Position numbers and translations under genes: made by a program. From the human T2T-CHM13v2.0 reference genome, Homo sapiens: a stretch of DNA of 64,000 bases. Under the pieces are notes generated by a model, which saw only the letters and a list, made by a program, of their open reading frames with translations, was not told the origin of the DNA and made no database searches. Shown piece after piece: positions 17,470-29,575 of this stretch. How positions within the stretch are numbered: the first letter of the stretch is position 1; every line of letters begins with the position of its first letter. Where the stretch lies: NCBI RefSeq assembly GCF_009914755.1, contig NC_060938.1. The stretch is one strand, 5' to 3'.

Positions 17470-19084
17470 TCCACTAATCTTTTAATGGAAAAAGTGTATT
17501 TATTAATAGTGCATTATCATGACTGAGAAAAGAACTACAGACATTCTAAGGCGTGGCTGATAAGATCATTTTCTTCTGCCAAATATATCTGGAAGTCCAT
17601 GTTAGAGCTTAAATGACAAAATATTTACTTTGCAAGTCAAACATGGATAAGACTTAGGAAACCTGAGCCTTAAATTCTTTCTACTCAATGCTATGCTTGT
17701 TAAACAAAATATTTCTGAGAAGACAAAAATGACCACCATGAACAACAAAAATGTGACACTTCACTTTCAAGGTCTCACCCAGCTTTAAATAGTATATGTC
17801 TCCTGATATTCTCTTAAAACTGGAGCTGTACAACAATGGCATAGCAAGATAACCACCTGGAAAATGCAGGCATGCAAAACATCCTGTGCATAGTGACCCT
17901 AGAGTGGAGTGAGTGTGAGATGGGAAAGAACAAACAAACAAACAAACAAAAACTATTGTTCCCTTTTCCCCCATGTAGAAGAGGAATCATTTTGTGGTCA
18001 TTGAAGATAATTACACTGTTGTCTTACGTGCTCATCATCTTATGCTGTTTAATGACTCGAAGCCATATTAAAGAGAGATGACTTAGACATGTCAAAGGTT
18101 AATAAGGATTCATACAAATCATCCACGATTCTACTCAAGTATTTGTAAAATAACCCATACTGTAAAAGAATGCTAGAAGAAGAGATGTTACATATCTAAT
18201 ATGTAGCCATATGTGAAGCAACTGTCTTTAGCAGAGAGCAGCCTCAGAGGAGAAGATTTATTATTTTACAAATAAATGAGGAACTGCATTCAGAAGGCAA
18301 CAATTCCAGAATTATCTCTACTCCAAAAGCACCAGGACAAGATTATTTTTTATCTGAGGCATCAACTTCCGTATCCTCCTTTAATACTGACTGAGAATTC
18401 TGTATTTTCCTGAAGAATTGAAATAGCAGTAAAGAAAGATTGATTTTTAGACCTCTTCTCAAGTTTTCAGAAGTGACAGAGTAAAAAGAAAAGCAACAAT
18501 AAAATAAAATCACAGCGTAGGTATCCTAACGGAGTCATGATTTTTCAGGCATTTGGATCCTTATAACATTAACTCTACCTTTCCTATGTTACTGAAAAAA
18601 GAAAAAGGGGAAAAAAAGTCATATATCAAAGTGGGAAATAACCCATTAAAACAAGATAGCCATATAAATTATCTTGCAATGAAATAAATTATTTTTAACG
18701 AGTTACGCATTTTAAAATATTTTTTCCAAGATGAAGTCTTGTCAAAGTGATCTATTTTTTAGAAACATGATTACATAGAAAAATATATGTTTGTAGCAGT
18801 ACAAACATCATTTTTAACTAGCTAGTTTTCCAGATTAGAAGTTTGATTATCAATTATTGTATTTATTTTAGTATTTGTACAACAACATAAATTAGAAACT
18901 AGGTGTTTTCCTTTTTCATAGAAATATAGTAAACTTCAGTTCAAATGTATCTGATATCTAAACTGTAGTTCTAGCAGACAGCATTCTTTTCACTTTCATA
19001 GGAAAGCCACATACAATCCTGAGTGTTTAAGTTACAGAATGCACATAGCATCATCAACATACAGTAATTTATATTTTGAAACAG

Positions 19085-19250
19085 TTTACATTTTTCAAAG
19101 GTTTTCTTAACTCTTTGATTTCATTTACTCTTCACAAAGTGAGTTAGAGTAAGTGCTTTAGTGTGAGCTTCATTTTTTCTGATAAAGACATTAAAGCACT
19201 GTGACAGTCAAATTAGCAAAGTCAAGTTTGAACTAAACTCTCTTCTCTGC
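19085..19250 (-). mobile_element. MIR fragment
   Basis: TCATTTACTCTTCACAA...CATTTTTTCTGATAAAGACATTAAAGCAC MIR core-like. Confidence 0.45.
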
Positions 19251-19619
19251 TGCAAGGGTTCTTACCTATGTAAACTAATTTAACACTTAATCCCTCGTGC
19301 TTTTGACCCAATTAGAATGCCACACAAGTGGCCCACTGGCTGTTTTATATTTTAGTACCAGATGTTAAATATATGCCTAAACTTGTTCTAAATTGCATCT
19401 TATGATGCTCAACTAGAGTATCAACTGGGTACAAGTTCAGATACTATCAGGACTGAAAAAATCCTCCAGTAGCAAACAGAAACCAATACACTCTTTATTT
19501 ATATTATAGCCAAAAGTCAGACATAAAGATGTATGTAGCAAAAATTTTTAACACTCATTAAATATCCATGGAATCCTTTACCTTTGGCCATCTCCTTAAA
19601 AATTATATAATTTGTAATT

Positions 19620-19870
19620 ATTGTTGGCCAGTGAAACACAAGCCGAATTGGCACATGTTACACTGGATAGAGAGTTAAGGGAGTGAAGATTGTGCCTCCT
19701 CTGTTATCTTTCTGCATGTTCCAGGCTGTACAGTTTCAAGAGAGAGGAGCATGGCTTGACCTGCATCAGACTGAAACATGAGCAAGAATAAACCGGTATG
19801 ACATTAAGCCATTAAATCCTCAGAGGTTTGTCTCTCACAGTAGCTAAACTCAAATATTTTAACTAATATA
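19620..19870 (+). mobile_element. MLT1-family LTR 3' part
   Basis: CATGAGCAAGAATAAACC...TTAAGCCATTAAA...AACTAATATA, a typical MLT1 end. Confidence 0.55.
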
Positions 19871-20426
19871 GTACAGTGCTTTCAAGAAACAGAAAATGGT
19901 CTCTGGATTGGGTGCAATCTTCATAATAGTGACTATGAGTTGATTGAACAGCAGCATTTCAGCTACAAAGGACATGTTTCAAGGGCCAAGAACTTTTGTA
20001 CAGATGGAGCACTTAAGGCACAGACTCATCCTGGAAACCCCCCATTCCCAGCAACAGCCAGAGCACAGAATAAAACTCCTCTGTTGTACAACATGGGACA
20101 TGTCATAAAATGCTCACATCAGAGAGGACCTGAGAGTCAGGGCAGAATGTGACAATGTGACAGTGTCAGTCAAGACAGATAAATGGTGGTTTAGGAAGAA
20201 TCACTAAAAGCAAATGTTTTGAGATGTTGGGTAGAAAAAATGAAGGCTTTAAATATGTGTAATTAACAACACAAATAATTAGAGCTTAAAATGTAATAGC
20301 AGTGAAATCTCTGGAATGACATATTTTTCACTTGGATCAGTTGAAGATTGAAAGATGAAGCCATCTTCAACCTTATGAATTTTAAATACCCAGGAAAAGT
20401 TAATCGCTTTCCCACTGCATACTCAC

Positions 20427-20537
20427 TTGGGCTACTGACAACATGAGATATGTCAAAGAATCCACAGAGAAAACGAGAGTTAAAAGAGACATTTTCTACT
20501 TTTTGGAAGGATGCCTGGCTAATAATTTTGCTAGGTC
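20427..20537 (-). other. Candidate 111-nt spliced exon (host gene unknown)
   Basis: Minus strand: ttaacttctttttcttatgtttag|GACCTAG...AGCCCAA|gtgagtat; one frame open throughout; no repeat recognised. Confidence 0.4.
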
Positions 20538-21285
20538 CTAAACATAAGAAAAAGAAGTTAATATCCAAACACACTTCTAGCAGATATGTTCTATTTTGTA
20601 GTTCGTAGTCTGTGTGTGTTTAAATGACCTTTTCAGTATTATGTTAGCAGTTCCTATTTCATCTGTGAATTTAGTAGTCTCCAATGTATCATTTTTTAAA
20701 AATACAGATTTAGGATTACTTTGAGCATTTTTGTAGTCATAAAACTAATTAGTTGGGTCTCAATTAATAGCTGCAGACAACCGTCTTATGAGCAGAATAG
20801 ACATTCCAAATACCCAGGTAAGCCTACCCCCTGGGAGAGCACTGCTTTCCTCAAGCTCACTTCATCTGTACAGGGGACCCAGTACAGTGAGAACTAGTAG
20901 CTACAATCAAGTCCTCATCAGAAAGTTTCTCAGTCCCACGGTTTGATCTCCATATGATACATGTAATAAAGAAATCAGAAAGCTTTGTTCCTAAAGTGTT
21001 TTAAATAAATTAGAACTTTTGCCTGAGTTGAACCAATAATAAAACCCGAAACTGGTTCTAGATTAAAAACCATTCCTTGTTAGAATTAGATGAAGATAAT
21101 TTTTTATAGTGGGCTTGGTTAAGCTGCAGAAGCTAGGCAGATCTTCCCCGCATTGTTTACCTTGCGGGGTTGGGACAACTGGGATTGAAACACTAATACT
21201 CTACCATTTCTAAAATACTCCTAAAAGCCATAGTAAAGTATGCTGGGCACTGTCTTCCGGGAAGAAGAGTTCATAGAGTTTGTTC

Positions 21286-21584
21286 TTTTTTTTTTTTGAG
21301 ATGGAGTCTCACTCTATTGCCCACCTTGGAATGCAGTGGCGTGATCTTGACTCACCACAACCTCCGCCTGCTGGGTTCAAGCAATTCTGCTGCTTCAGCC
21401 TCCCAAGTAACTGGGATTACAGGCATGCACCGCCATGCCCAGCTAATTCTAATTTTGTACTGTTAGTAGAGATGGGGTTTCACCATGCTGCCCAGTCTAA
21501 TCTTGAACTCCTGACCTCAGATGATCCACCCACCTCAGTCTCACAAAGTGCTGGGATTACAGGCATGAGCCACTGTGCCTAGCC
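21286..21584 (-). mobile_element. AluS (Sx/Sz-like)
   Basis: Alu dimer; TSD TAGAGTTTGTTCTT at 21274-21287 and 21587-21600. Confidence 0.92.
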
Positions 21585-21857
21585 CCTAGAGTTTGTTCTT
21601 AATCACATTTCAGACTTTAAAGTGAAGACTATCTTTGTTTAATGTGGCAAGAGTCCTAGTTGGAAACCAGCATAAAACATAACTGGTTTCAATAACTTTT
21701 TCTGTTTTAATCTTTAAAACATCAACAAAGCAAAGAACTAAGAGTATTCAAATAAAATTTACCTCATTTTAAGCAGTATCTAATGTTACCCTAAGGAGCT
21801 CTGTTCTCTGAGATAATTCTGAACACACATGCAGATATGTGCACAAGCCCACCTATT

Positions 21858-21898
21858 CACACACGAGTGCACACACACACACACATACATACACACAC
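21858..21898. repeat. (CA)n microsatellite, interrupted
   Basis: Seen directly. Confidence 0.85.
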
Positions 21899-22419
21899 GG
21901 CTGAGATAAGAACAAAAGGCTTAGTAACGGCTACGGGAGCTCAGAATAAAAGTGTTAATCACTGGGTTAGCTGGGGACTTTGCATTTTCTTTCTATATCT
22001 CTTTAAAATGATGCCTATCCACCTTGCCAATAAATTGCCTGTGCATGTTTTATATTAGGTATTTAAAGCTGTGTTTTTTTAATATATGTACAAAAGAGTT
22101 CAAAATCATGACATAAGAATAATCTGGGTAGCAATGGCCAGTTTTACTTGTCAAACGTTATAGCCAGATTCATAGGAAAATGAGTCATGAGTGATATTTA
22201 GCTGAATGTGGGAAGCTTTTCTAACATTGAAATACATTTGTAGAATGTTCTCTTTTCTCTTCTCTTCCCTTTTTCTATTATTTGAGTTCTTGCATTGTAT
22301 ATTTATTCCAATCCAGACATTATCATGGTTTTTAACTTTGCACATTCTTTCTCCTTGATAAATGTTTGTTCATTGATTTCTCTTCAAAGTGGCATTTCCA
22401 ATTTAATGAATGAGACATT

Positions 22420-22520
22420 TACTGTGTGACCTTTGGAAGAACACTTAACCTCTCTGGGCATTACCTTCTTCCTCTGTAAAATGAAAAAGTGGGAATCACT
22501 CAATGATTTCCAAGTTCTAT
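22420..22520 (+). mobile_element. MIR fragment
   Basis: TGTGTGACCTTTGGAAGAACACTTAACCTCTCTGGGC...CTGTAAAATG MIR core. Confidence 0.75.
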
Positions 22521-23260
22521 TATTGGATAGCATTTTAATTCTGACCACAAAGGATATTTTCATTTGTTCCAAAAATATTTATAACTGCACACTTATCTTG
22601 GTAAATTAAAGTACAATAAAATGAATACATTTTTAACAGTCACCCTAATAATCTCAGATTTTTAAAAAGGATATTTGCTTAAGCTCTGCTTTCCAGACAT
22701 GCACTTTATCTCATCTACTGATGATTCTTTCCTTTGGGGAAAGGAACTAATGCTTAAAAGAAGTATTTACATAACAGAAGTCACAGTCTCTACTAATGCC
22801 TGTCCAAGGACGAGAATATATCAGAAAAGGAGGCTTTGTCCTATGTTGAGGTTAAATACTTACCACTCCTAGGGAAAGCTTACATTTCTTTTGTGCTATG
22901 TGTCTGTGAATGTTTTATGAATCCAATTGAGCTTAAGAATCAAGTTTCTCTGACAGACACAGTTTATTCAGAGGAATAAAGATACAGCAGAAAGTTATTG
23001 ATTTTTGAGGGATCTACGCCTTGTGAAAAATTAACCAGACATTCCTTCAAAATCAATACGATTACCCTTGCTGCTTCAGAACTATTACACTGAGTCTGAC
23101 TAAAGAATGTCTCCATCACAGAGGGCAGTGGTTGGTTTTGTGGGTCTTTTGAAAACCAAGGGCAGGTGATTTTCCCTTATTTTTTCTCTATTTTCATTCC
23201 ATATTTTCTAACCCTCTCCTCGTTTCCACAAATGCATGCATGCATAAAAATGTCTTCCAG

Positions 23261-23392
23261 GGCCAGGTACAGTGGCTCATGCCTGTAATCCCAGCAATTT
23301 GGCAAACAGAGGCAGGAGGATTGCTTAAGTCTATGAGTTTGAGACCAGCCTGGGCAATATAGTGAGGCCCCATCTCTACACACACACACACA
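23261..23392 (+). mobile_element. FLAM_C / Alu left monomer with (CA)n tail
   Basis: GGCCAGGTACAGTGGCTCATGCC...GGAGGATTGCTT...CATCTCTA(CA)n; degenerate TSD AAATG(T/C)CTTC. Confidence 0.85.
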
Positions 23393-23844
23393 AATGCCTT
23401 CTGTTTTCTCAGGATCCATCTGAGGCTATGCTGCCTTAAGTAGTGATGGCATGGAGGCCTGGAACTACCCACTGAATCCATTTCCAGCCCATATAGTTAG
23501 TAAAGCATTGAAATTAAAATCCTATATAAATATCAGTTTTTATTGTTGCTTTTACCACTTTCATCTCTATAACTTATCATTTCTGATATTTCTAATTACC
23601 TTTTTTTTTTTACAACTGAGAAAAGACTGTTCTTTGCAATCTCTGCTCAGACACAAGAGTTCCTATTGTCTCTACCACTGAATCAATATAAATTAATACA
23701 TTTATGCGTTCTTATCTAGATCACAGACAAGTAGCTGAAGTCCATTTTCAATATGCATTCACTGCCAATTAAGCACTATACTTGCCGCTAGAATACCCAG
23801 AGGAACAAAATATAAACTCTGTCCTCAAGGAGCTTGTTGGCTAA

Positions 23845-24056
23845 CAGCATTTCTTCAAGGGGGAGCTCTTGGCATTCAGGGTAAAGAAACCCTTTATTGT
23901 GCAAGACTGCCCTGTGCCTTTGCAGGGCATTTGGCACTGTAGTTTGAACCCATCAAATATCAGTAACAGCCTTCTGTTATTGTGGCAACCAAAAATCTCT
24001 CTTCATATTTACAAACAAGCATTGGGGAAGTAGTACTGTCCCTGTTTGAGCCTCTG
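23845..24056. mobile_element. hAT-Charlie MITE (MER117/MER20-like)
   Basis: CAG...CTG termini; TGTGGCAACCAAAAAT and ACTGCCCTGTGCCTTTGCAGG internal motifs. Confidence 0.6.
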
Positions 24057-24489
24057 ATGAGCTGCTTAATGTCAGCCTGGATGTCTGGATACAACACATC
24101 TATCCTGCCTCTGAAAATAGACTCACGGACTGAACCCTTTACTTTGGTCTTTTGGCTCCCAGACGTTTTGCTTTTTTCAGTCCCTGGTCTTTATGGGAAC
24201 CCTGGTCTCTGGCATGTCAACAGTGTCTTAGGATCTCTAGTCCATCACTTCCACCCAGGTACGTGCCGCCTAATTCACTAGATTCCCTCTTGATGGACAA
24301 GATGTAGCCTAATAACATCTAGCCTTTCACAGTAATGTCTTATTCAACTCTGTACTGGTATCAATAATTTCTCTAGAAGCGTATTTGGGATACAGGTATA
24401 CTCATTTCCAAGGTTTTCTCGAATAACGAGCAGTGTAATGTAATGTATTTGTCAGGGTGAAATTACTAGGAAAAAAATGTTTCCTTCCT

Positions 24490-26200
24490 TCATTAAGTCA
24501 TTCATTTAACTGTTTATTGTTAATTGAGCAATTACTAAGTGCCAGGTATTTGATTGATCTTTGAGGATTTAGATGTAATCTTAAATGAATATTGCCCTTT
24601 CCCTTGAAGATTTTGCATTCTATTGGCAAAGATACTAATCAAATTATCGATGTATAAATGACATTTAGCATGAAAAAGAGATAGAGAGCTCTGAAAGTAT
24701 ATAATGAGATAATTGTCCTTGTCAGAGAGCACTGTGACAATTATCCAGGGGAACTGTCACTAAAGAATGAAAAGGAATTAACCTGGTGAAAAAGAGATGG
24801 AAGAGCATCCTAATCAGAAGAACTAGTGGGGCAAAGGACTTCTCCAGGTGGGAGCAGAGTGAGCGCAAGAGAATAAACAAGGCCAGTGGGTTAGAGCAGA
24901 GAGGGGCATGTGCAACAAGGGAGACCAGTGAGGTGGTGCAGCTTACCATGAAGCATCGTAGCTTTAAGCATGGGGAGTTTCATAAATTTCCAAAGAGCAT
25001 TAAGAAGCCATTGGAATGTTTTAAGCAAGGAGCAGGAATTGGGTTGTCACATATGCCTATTTGTATTTGGAAAATATCACTCAGCAGGTTGTGGATGAAC
25101 CCTAGTACATAGGGGTGCATAGGTAAGAATGATTTTGAATTAATGCAACAAACAAATAATACTAGTTTGATCCAAGATGCTGACAATTACAAGGAGAGGG
25201 TATATACACAATGTATTTAGTGTTGGTTATAGGGGTAATCCAGAGCATGGCGTCTGGTAGTGCTAGTTGAGAAAAGAAAAACAAGAAGAAAAAAAACATT
25301 GAAGTGGGTTGAGGAGTAGAGAGCATATGCTCAATTTTGGTAAGTTTTTAAAATGTCTTTGAGACATTAAGAGGAATATGTAAAGTAACTGTTAAGATAC
25401 ATGGCTGGCGTTTGGAGGAGTCATCTCACTGTTTTTCAGATTTTGAAGTCATCTGTATATATGTGGTAACTGCATGGACATGAGTAAGATTGTCTAGGGA
25501 GGGTGCAGAAAAAGCAAATGACCAAGGACCAAGAATCAAGCTCTGATGAATGCCATAATGAAGCAGCCCAGGCTAGAAGGCTGGGTGGACAAAGGAGTCA
25601 GAGAAGCATGGGCTATACATGCATTATAACAAACGCCAGTAGCATGTCATGGCAGCCAAGTAATGGTAATATTTCAGAAGAAGCCAGTAATCCACAGTTT
25701 AAAATCGTGCTGAGAAATAAGGAATAGAGGACTAAAAATGTCAGGCAACATACAGGTCAGAGTGAGTATTGCTTTGATGGACAGACAAGACTACAAGCAA
25801 AGGTAAATGGATTGAAAAGTGTGAGGGAAGTGAGGAAGTGGGAAGAAGCAGGTAGAAAAATTTATTTAGAGAGACATGATTCTGCATGGATAACAAGTCA
25901 AAGTGATACCTGAAGGAGAGTAAATGTTGACTTATGTTTCTCTACATATTTATTTGAAATATTATATATGTATGAATGTATGTATTTGAGCATCCTTAAG
26001 AACCAATACAAAAGAGAGGTTGAATATACCAAAGGAAGATTACTCTAAAGAGAGGAAGTGAAGAGAGAGAGAGAGAGTTCATTGGATTCCAAAGTACAAG
26101 TAGAAGAATGTTTCTGAAACATAAGAGATGGTCAGTATGTTATAATCGTATGGAAGGAGGATAGGGTGTGTCTTGAAGTAGCTGGTTTAGGAAAGAGAAT
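24490..26200 (-). mobile_element. L2 element (degraded)
   Basis: TCATTCATTTAAC...TTGAGCAATTACTAAGTGCCAGG L2 tail; AAGCCATTGGAATGTTTTAAGCA. Confidence 0.7.
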
Positions 26201-26784
26201 CAATGTTTTTGGATTTTGACTAAGAGAAATGTATTGCTGATCTTAGAAAGGGTGGACTAGAGAGATCTATAGGCAGACTGAACTATTTGTAGATAATTAA
26301 TATCATGGAACCTAGGCAGAGGTAATGAGAATATGTTGTAATTGGTACCCATGGGCACCAATGACCAATAAGAAACAGGCCAATGAGCCACACCTGTGTG
26401 TGCCAGACGGTATCTCTGAGTATACCTAACAATTCTGTAGTCAGTCACAAAGGAGAAAAAAGATTTTTTTACTTTTATGCAAAAATCTTCATTTGAATAT
26501 TTACATGCAGTAGGAAAGGCACAAATGGAGAGTGAACATATCTAGATTTATGCATATTTTTAAACGAATGAACACAAAAGCAGAACTCTTGAGGCCATTT
26601 ATGGCTTGGGCCCATAAACAGCAATGTGTCACCTCCCTTGTTGATTATATTGAGCCCCAGAGTTAGCCCTGTTTCAAGGGAAGGGACCACATTCGTGTGT
26701 GAACCCCAGGGACCTTGCTTCATTAGAAACCACCAATGCAACAGGCTATCCCGGGAGGTTCTAGTTGAGACAGTTCTAGTATAG

Positions 26785-27880
26785 GGAAGGCCTCTCTGAG
26801 AAAAGACCTGAAGCAAAAGTGGATATAAAAGAGCAAGTCATGAAAAGATGTCGGGGGAAGCTTCTGAGCCAACAGAACAGCAAGTAGAATGGCCTGAAAG
26901 TGGGACAGTACTGTATGTACAAGGATTGGAAAGATGACTATGAATACAGTGGAAGGAATAAGTACAAGAGTGATAAGAAATAAGGTCAGAAAGAGAGATA
27001 GGTTCATATTATGAAGAGTCTTAACGAGCATGGACAGAAGATTACATTTCATAATTTTTCCAGTAGGAAATAATTAAAGAGTATAGGACAAAGAAGTCAC
27101 ACAATTTGATTTTTTAAAAGTCATTCATCTTCTGTGTGAATTGATTGACTGGGGCAAGAGTGGAAGCAGGGAAGTGAGTTAGGAGTTAATTGTTGCCTTC
27201 TTCGTGAGAACAATGCAAGAATTGGTTGTGGTGGTGACAGAGGATTAAGAGATAGATTCTTGGGAATATTTTGCAGGCAAAACTGACAAGACTTGGTAAT
27301 GAATGTGATATGGATTTTCAGGCAGAGAGAGGCATGATCTGAGCATGAATAACAAAGTCAGGATGATGCCATTTATAGATATGGAGAAGGCCGGAGGCAC
27401 TGGTTGGTGGGAGCTTGAGAAATCAAGAGATCTATTTTGGACTTGTGAAGTTGAGATGCTTATTCAACATTCAAATGAATGTGAAAACGAATGTTACAAC
27501 TCAGGGACTGAAGAGAGTCCAAAACATTAATCTGGTCTCTACTGCCATTGGACAATATGATATCCCTTAGGGAAGGAGTATAAATTGGTTAAGACTAACA
27601 TAGAAGATAGAGATTTTGAGGTCAGAAAGAGGACGAAGGACCCACAAACGAGACTAAGGGAGAGTAGACAGAACTCTTATCCAGTCGCATTAACAAAAAC
27701 TTTAGCTGCAGGGAGAGCTTGAGTCAGATGAAGGAGGCACCAGTTGCAGGGAGACAAATTAGGAGGCTTTTGTAATGACACAGGGGAGAGATAACAGACT
27801 TAAATTTAGGCAGTAGAAGCGGGAGGGGGAGGGAAATTTTGGAATCATTCAGGAAGAGAAATAACAGGATTCTGTGCCTT
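26785..27880 (-). mobile_element. L2 fragments (degraded)
   Basis: GGAAGGCCTCTCTGAG, GGGGCAAGAGTGGAAGCAGGGAAG and CTGACAAGACTTGGTAATGAAT L2-like motifs. Confidence 0.65.
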
Positions 27881-28329
27881 ACAATATATGAAAGTTATGC
27901 TGAAGCTTTCCTATTAAATTTTTTTCTGCATTGATTAGGGATTTAAGTCTCTGAGATCAAATAATTCTCTTAACTGAAGATTCAGTCATTTGAAAATTAT
28001 GAAAATGACATAGAACATGGTTTGTATGGAAACACTGAATGAAAGAGCAGTGGAGTGGCTGCTCTTGTAACACAGAAAGAGACAAAACCATTGAAATACA
28101 GTTTCTTTGGTACAGATTAGGATGCATCAGGCAAATCCAGATATCATCCATCTGCTTTCTTTGAAAACAGTCAAAGGTGCTTCAAGACTTTCTTCTAGTC
28201 TTATTTTGATTGCTTATAGTCTTCTAAAAACCAATCTGCAAAAGAGAAAAGTCAGTGAGAACTCATTACTACACCTCTATTTTGTTACTGCTAGTATGAA
28301 CATTGGTACTTTAGAAAATACTTTGATTA

Positions 28330-28659
<330 letters not shown>

Positions 28660-28672
28660 TTAAATAAACTCC

Positions 28673-28691
28673 TGCTGCCCCCTAGTGGCAA
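28673..28691 (-). promoter_or_regulatory. Predicted CTCF binding site
   Basis: Minus strand TTGCCACTAGGGGGCAGCA closely matches the CTCF core CCAC(C/T)AG(G/A)(G/T)GGC(A/G); no repeat recognised around it. Confidence 0.7.
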
Positions 28692-29575
28692 TTTATTGGG
28701 GAACAGAATCTCTGGGTCTATTGTCTGTTTTGCGGCAGAAACATGTATTGGCAACACCAATGTGGTACATAGAAGATTATCCCCCACATTAAGGCATTTT
28801 ATAGACATCACAACAATGACCTTGTATTCATAATTGCATAACACAGTGGTTTGTCTGTTATCATTGCAATTAATGGAACTCAATCTGGGATTGTTCAAAT
28901 GATGGCACCACAAGCCATTTGGCAATTGGAAGTCAGTCATTTCCTGATATGGCCTAGTAATTAGTTACTCGAATTACTTAAATTCTGAGTCTTTTTACAC
29001 GCAACCAAGGCATCATCATCATGTGAACACCTGTGTTTACTCGACCTTGAGTAGACATAATAGCAAAAGAGTCTGTCCCCTATGAAGTTTAAAAATCCAG
29101 GCCGCGTGTTTCAATTCCTTATTTCCTGTCCCATCTTTGAACTCTTCCCAGGTTTATCGATTGTAGGAAATGCCATTCCCTTCAGGAGAAACCCAACTCC
29201 CAATCATACTGTTGGGGTATTCGCCTTTGGCCTAAAGGACACAATCACATCACAACACAATAATCCAAGTTTAGTGTTTGCTCAGTCTAGTTCCTTTTCA
29301 TAGTCTCTTTAGGGTTGAAATAAAGAACAGCCTTCATCACTTTCCTAAGATTCTTCCATCACAGCTTCTCATTTACAAACAGCTGCTCAAAAACAGCTAT
29401 ATACAACTCCATTAGAAAAGTCTAAAATTTAAAAACAGAAGAAAAGTGTTTTAAATCAAACAAAGGTACTATTTTTCCCAAACAGGCATATAAAATTTGC
29501 ACTTATTTTATATTGAAAGATACATGCAACTTCATTTACCCGGCAGAACAATAATTTGTATGGCAAACATATCTC

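Noticed and set aside
20765-20825. Strong plus-strand donor CAG|GTAAGC
   Set aside because: No convincing pyrimidine tract or acceptor upstream
21146-21169. CCCCGCA/TGCGGGG hairpin around a forkhead-like TGTTTAC
   Set aside because: A 7-bp stem is expected by chance in 64 kb
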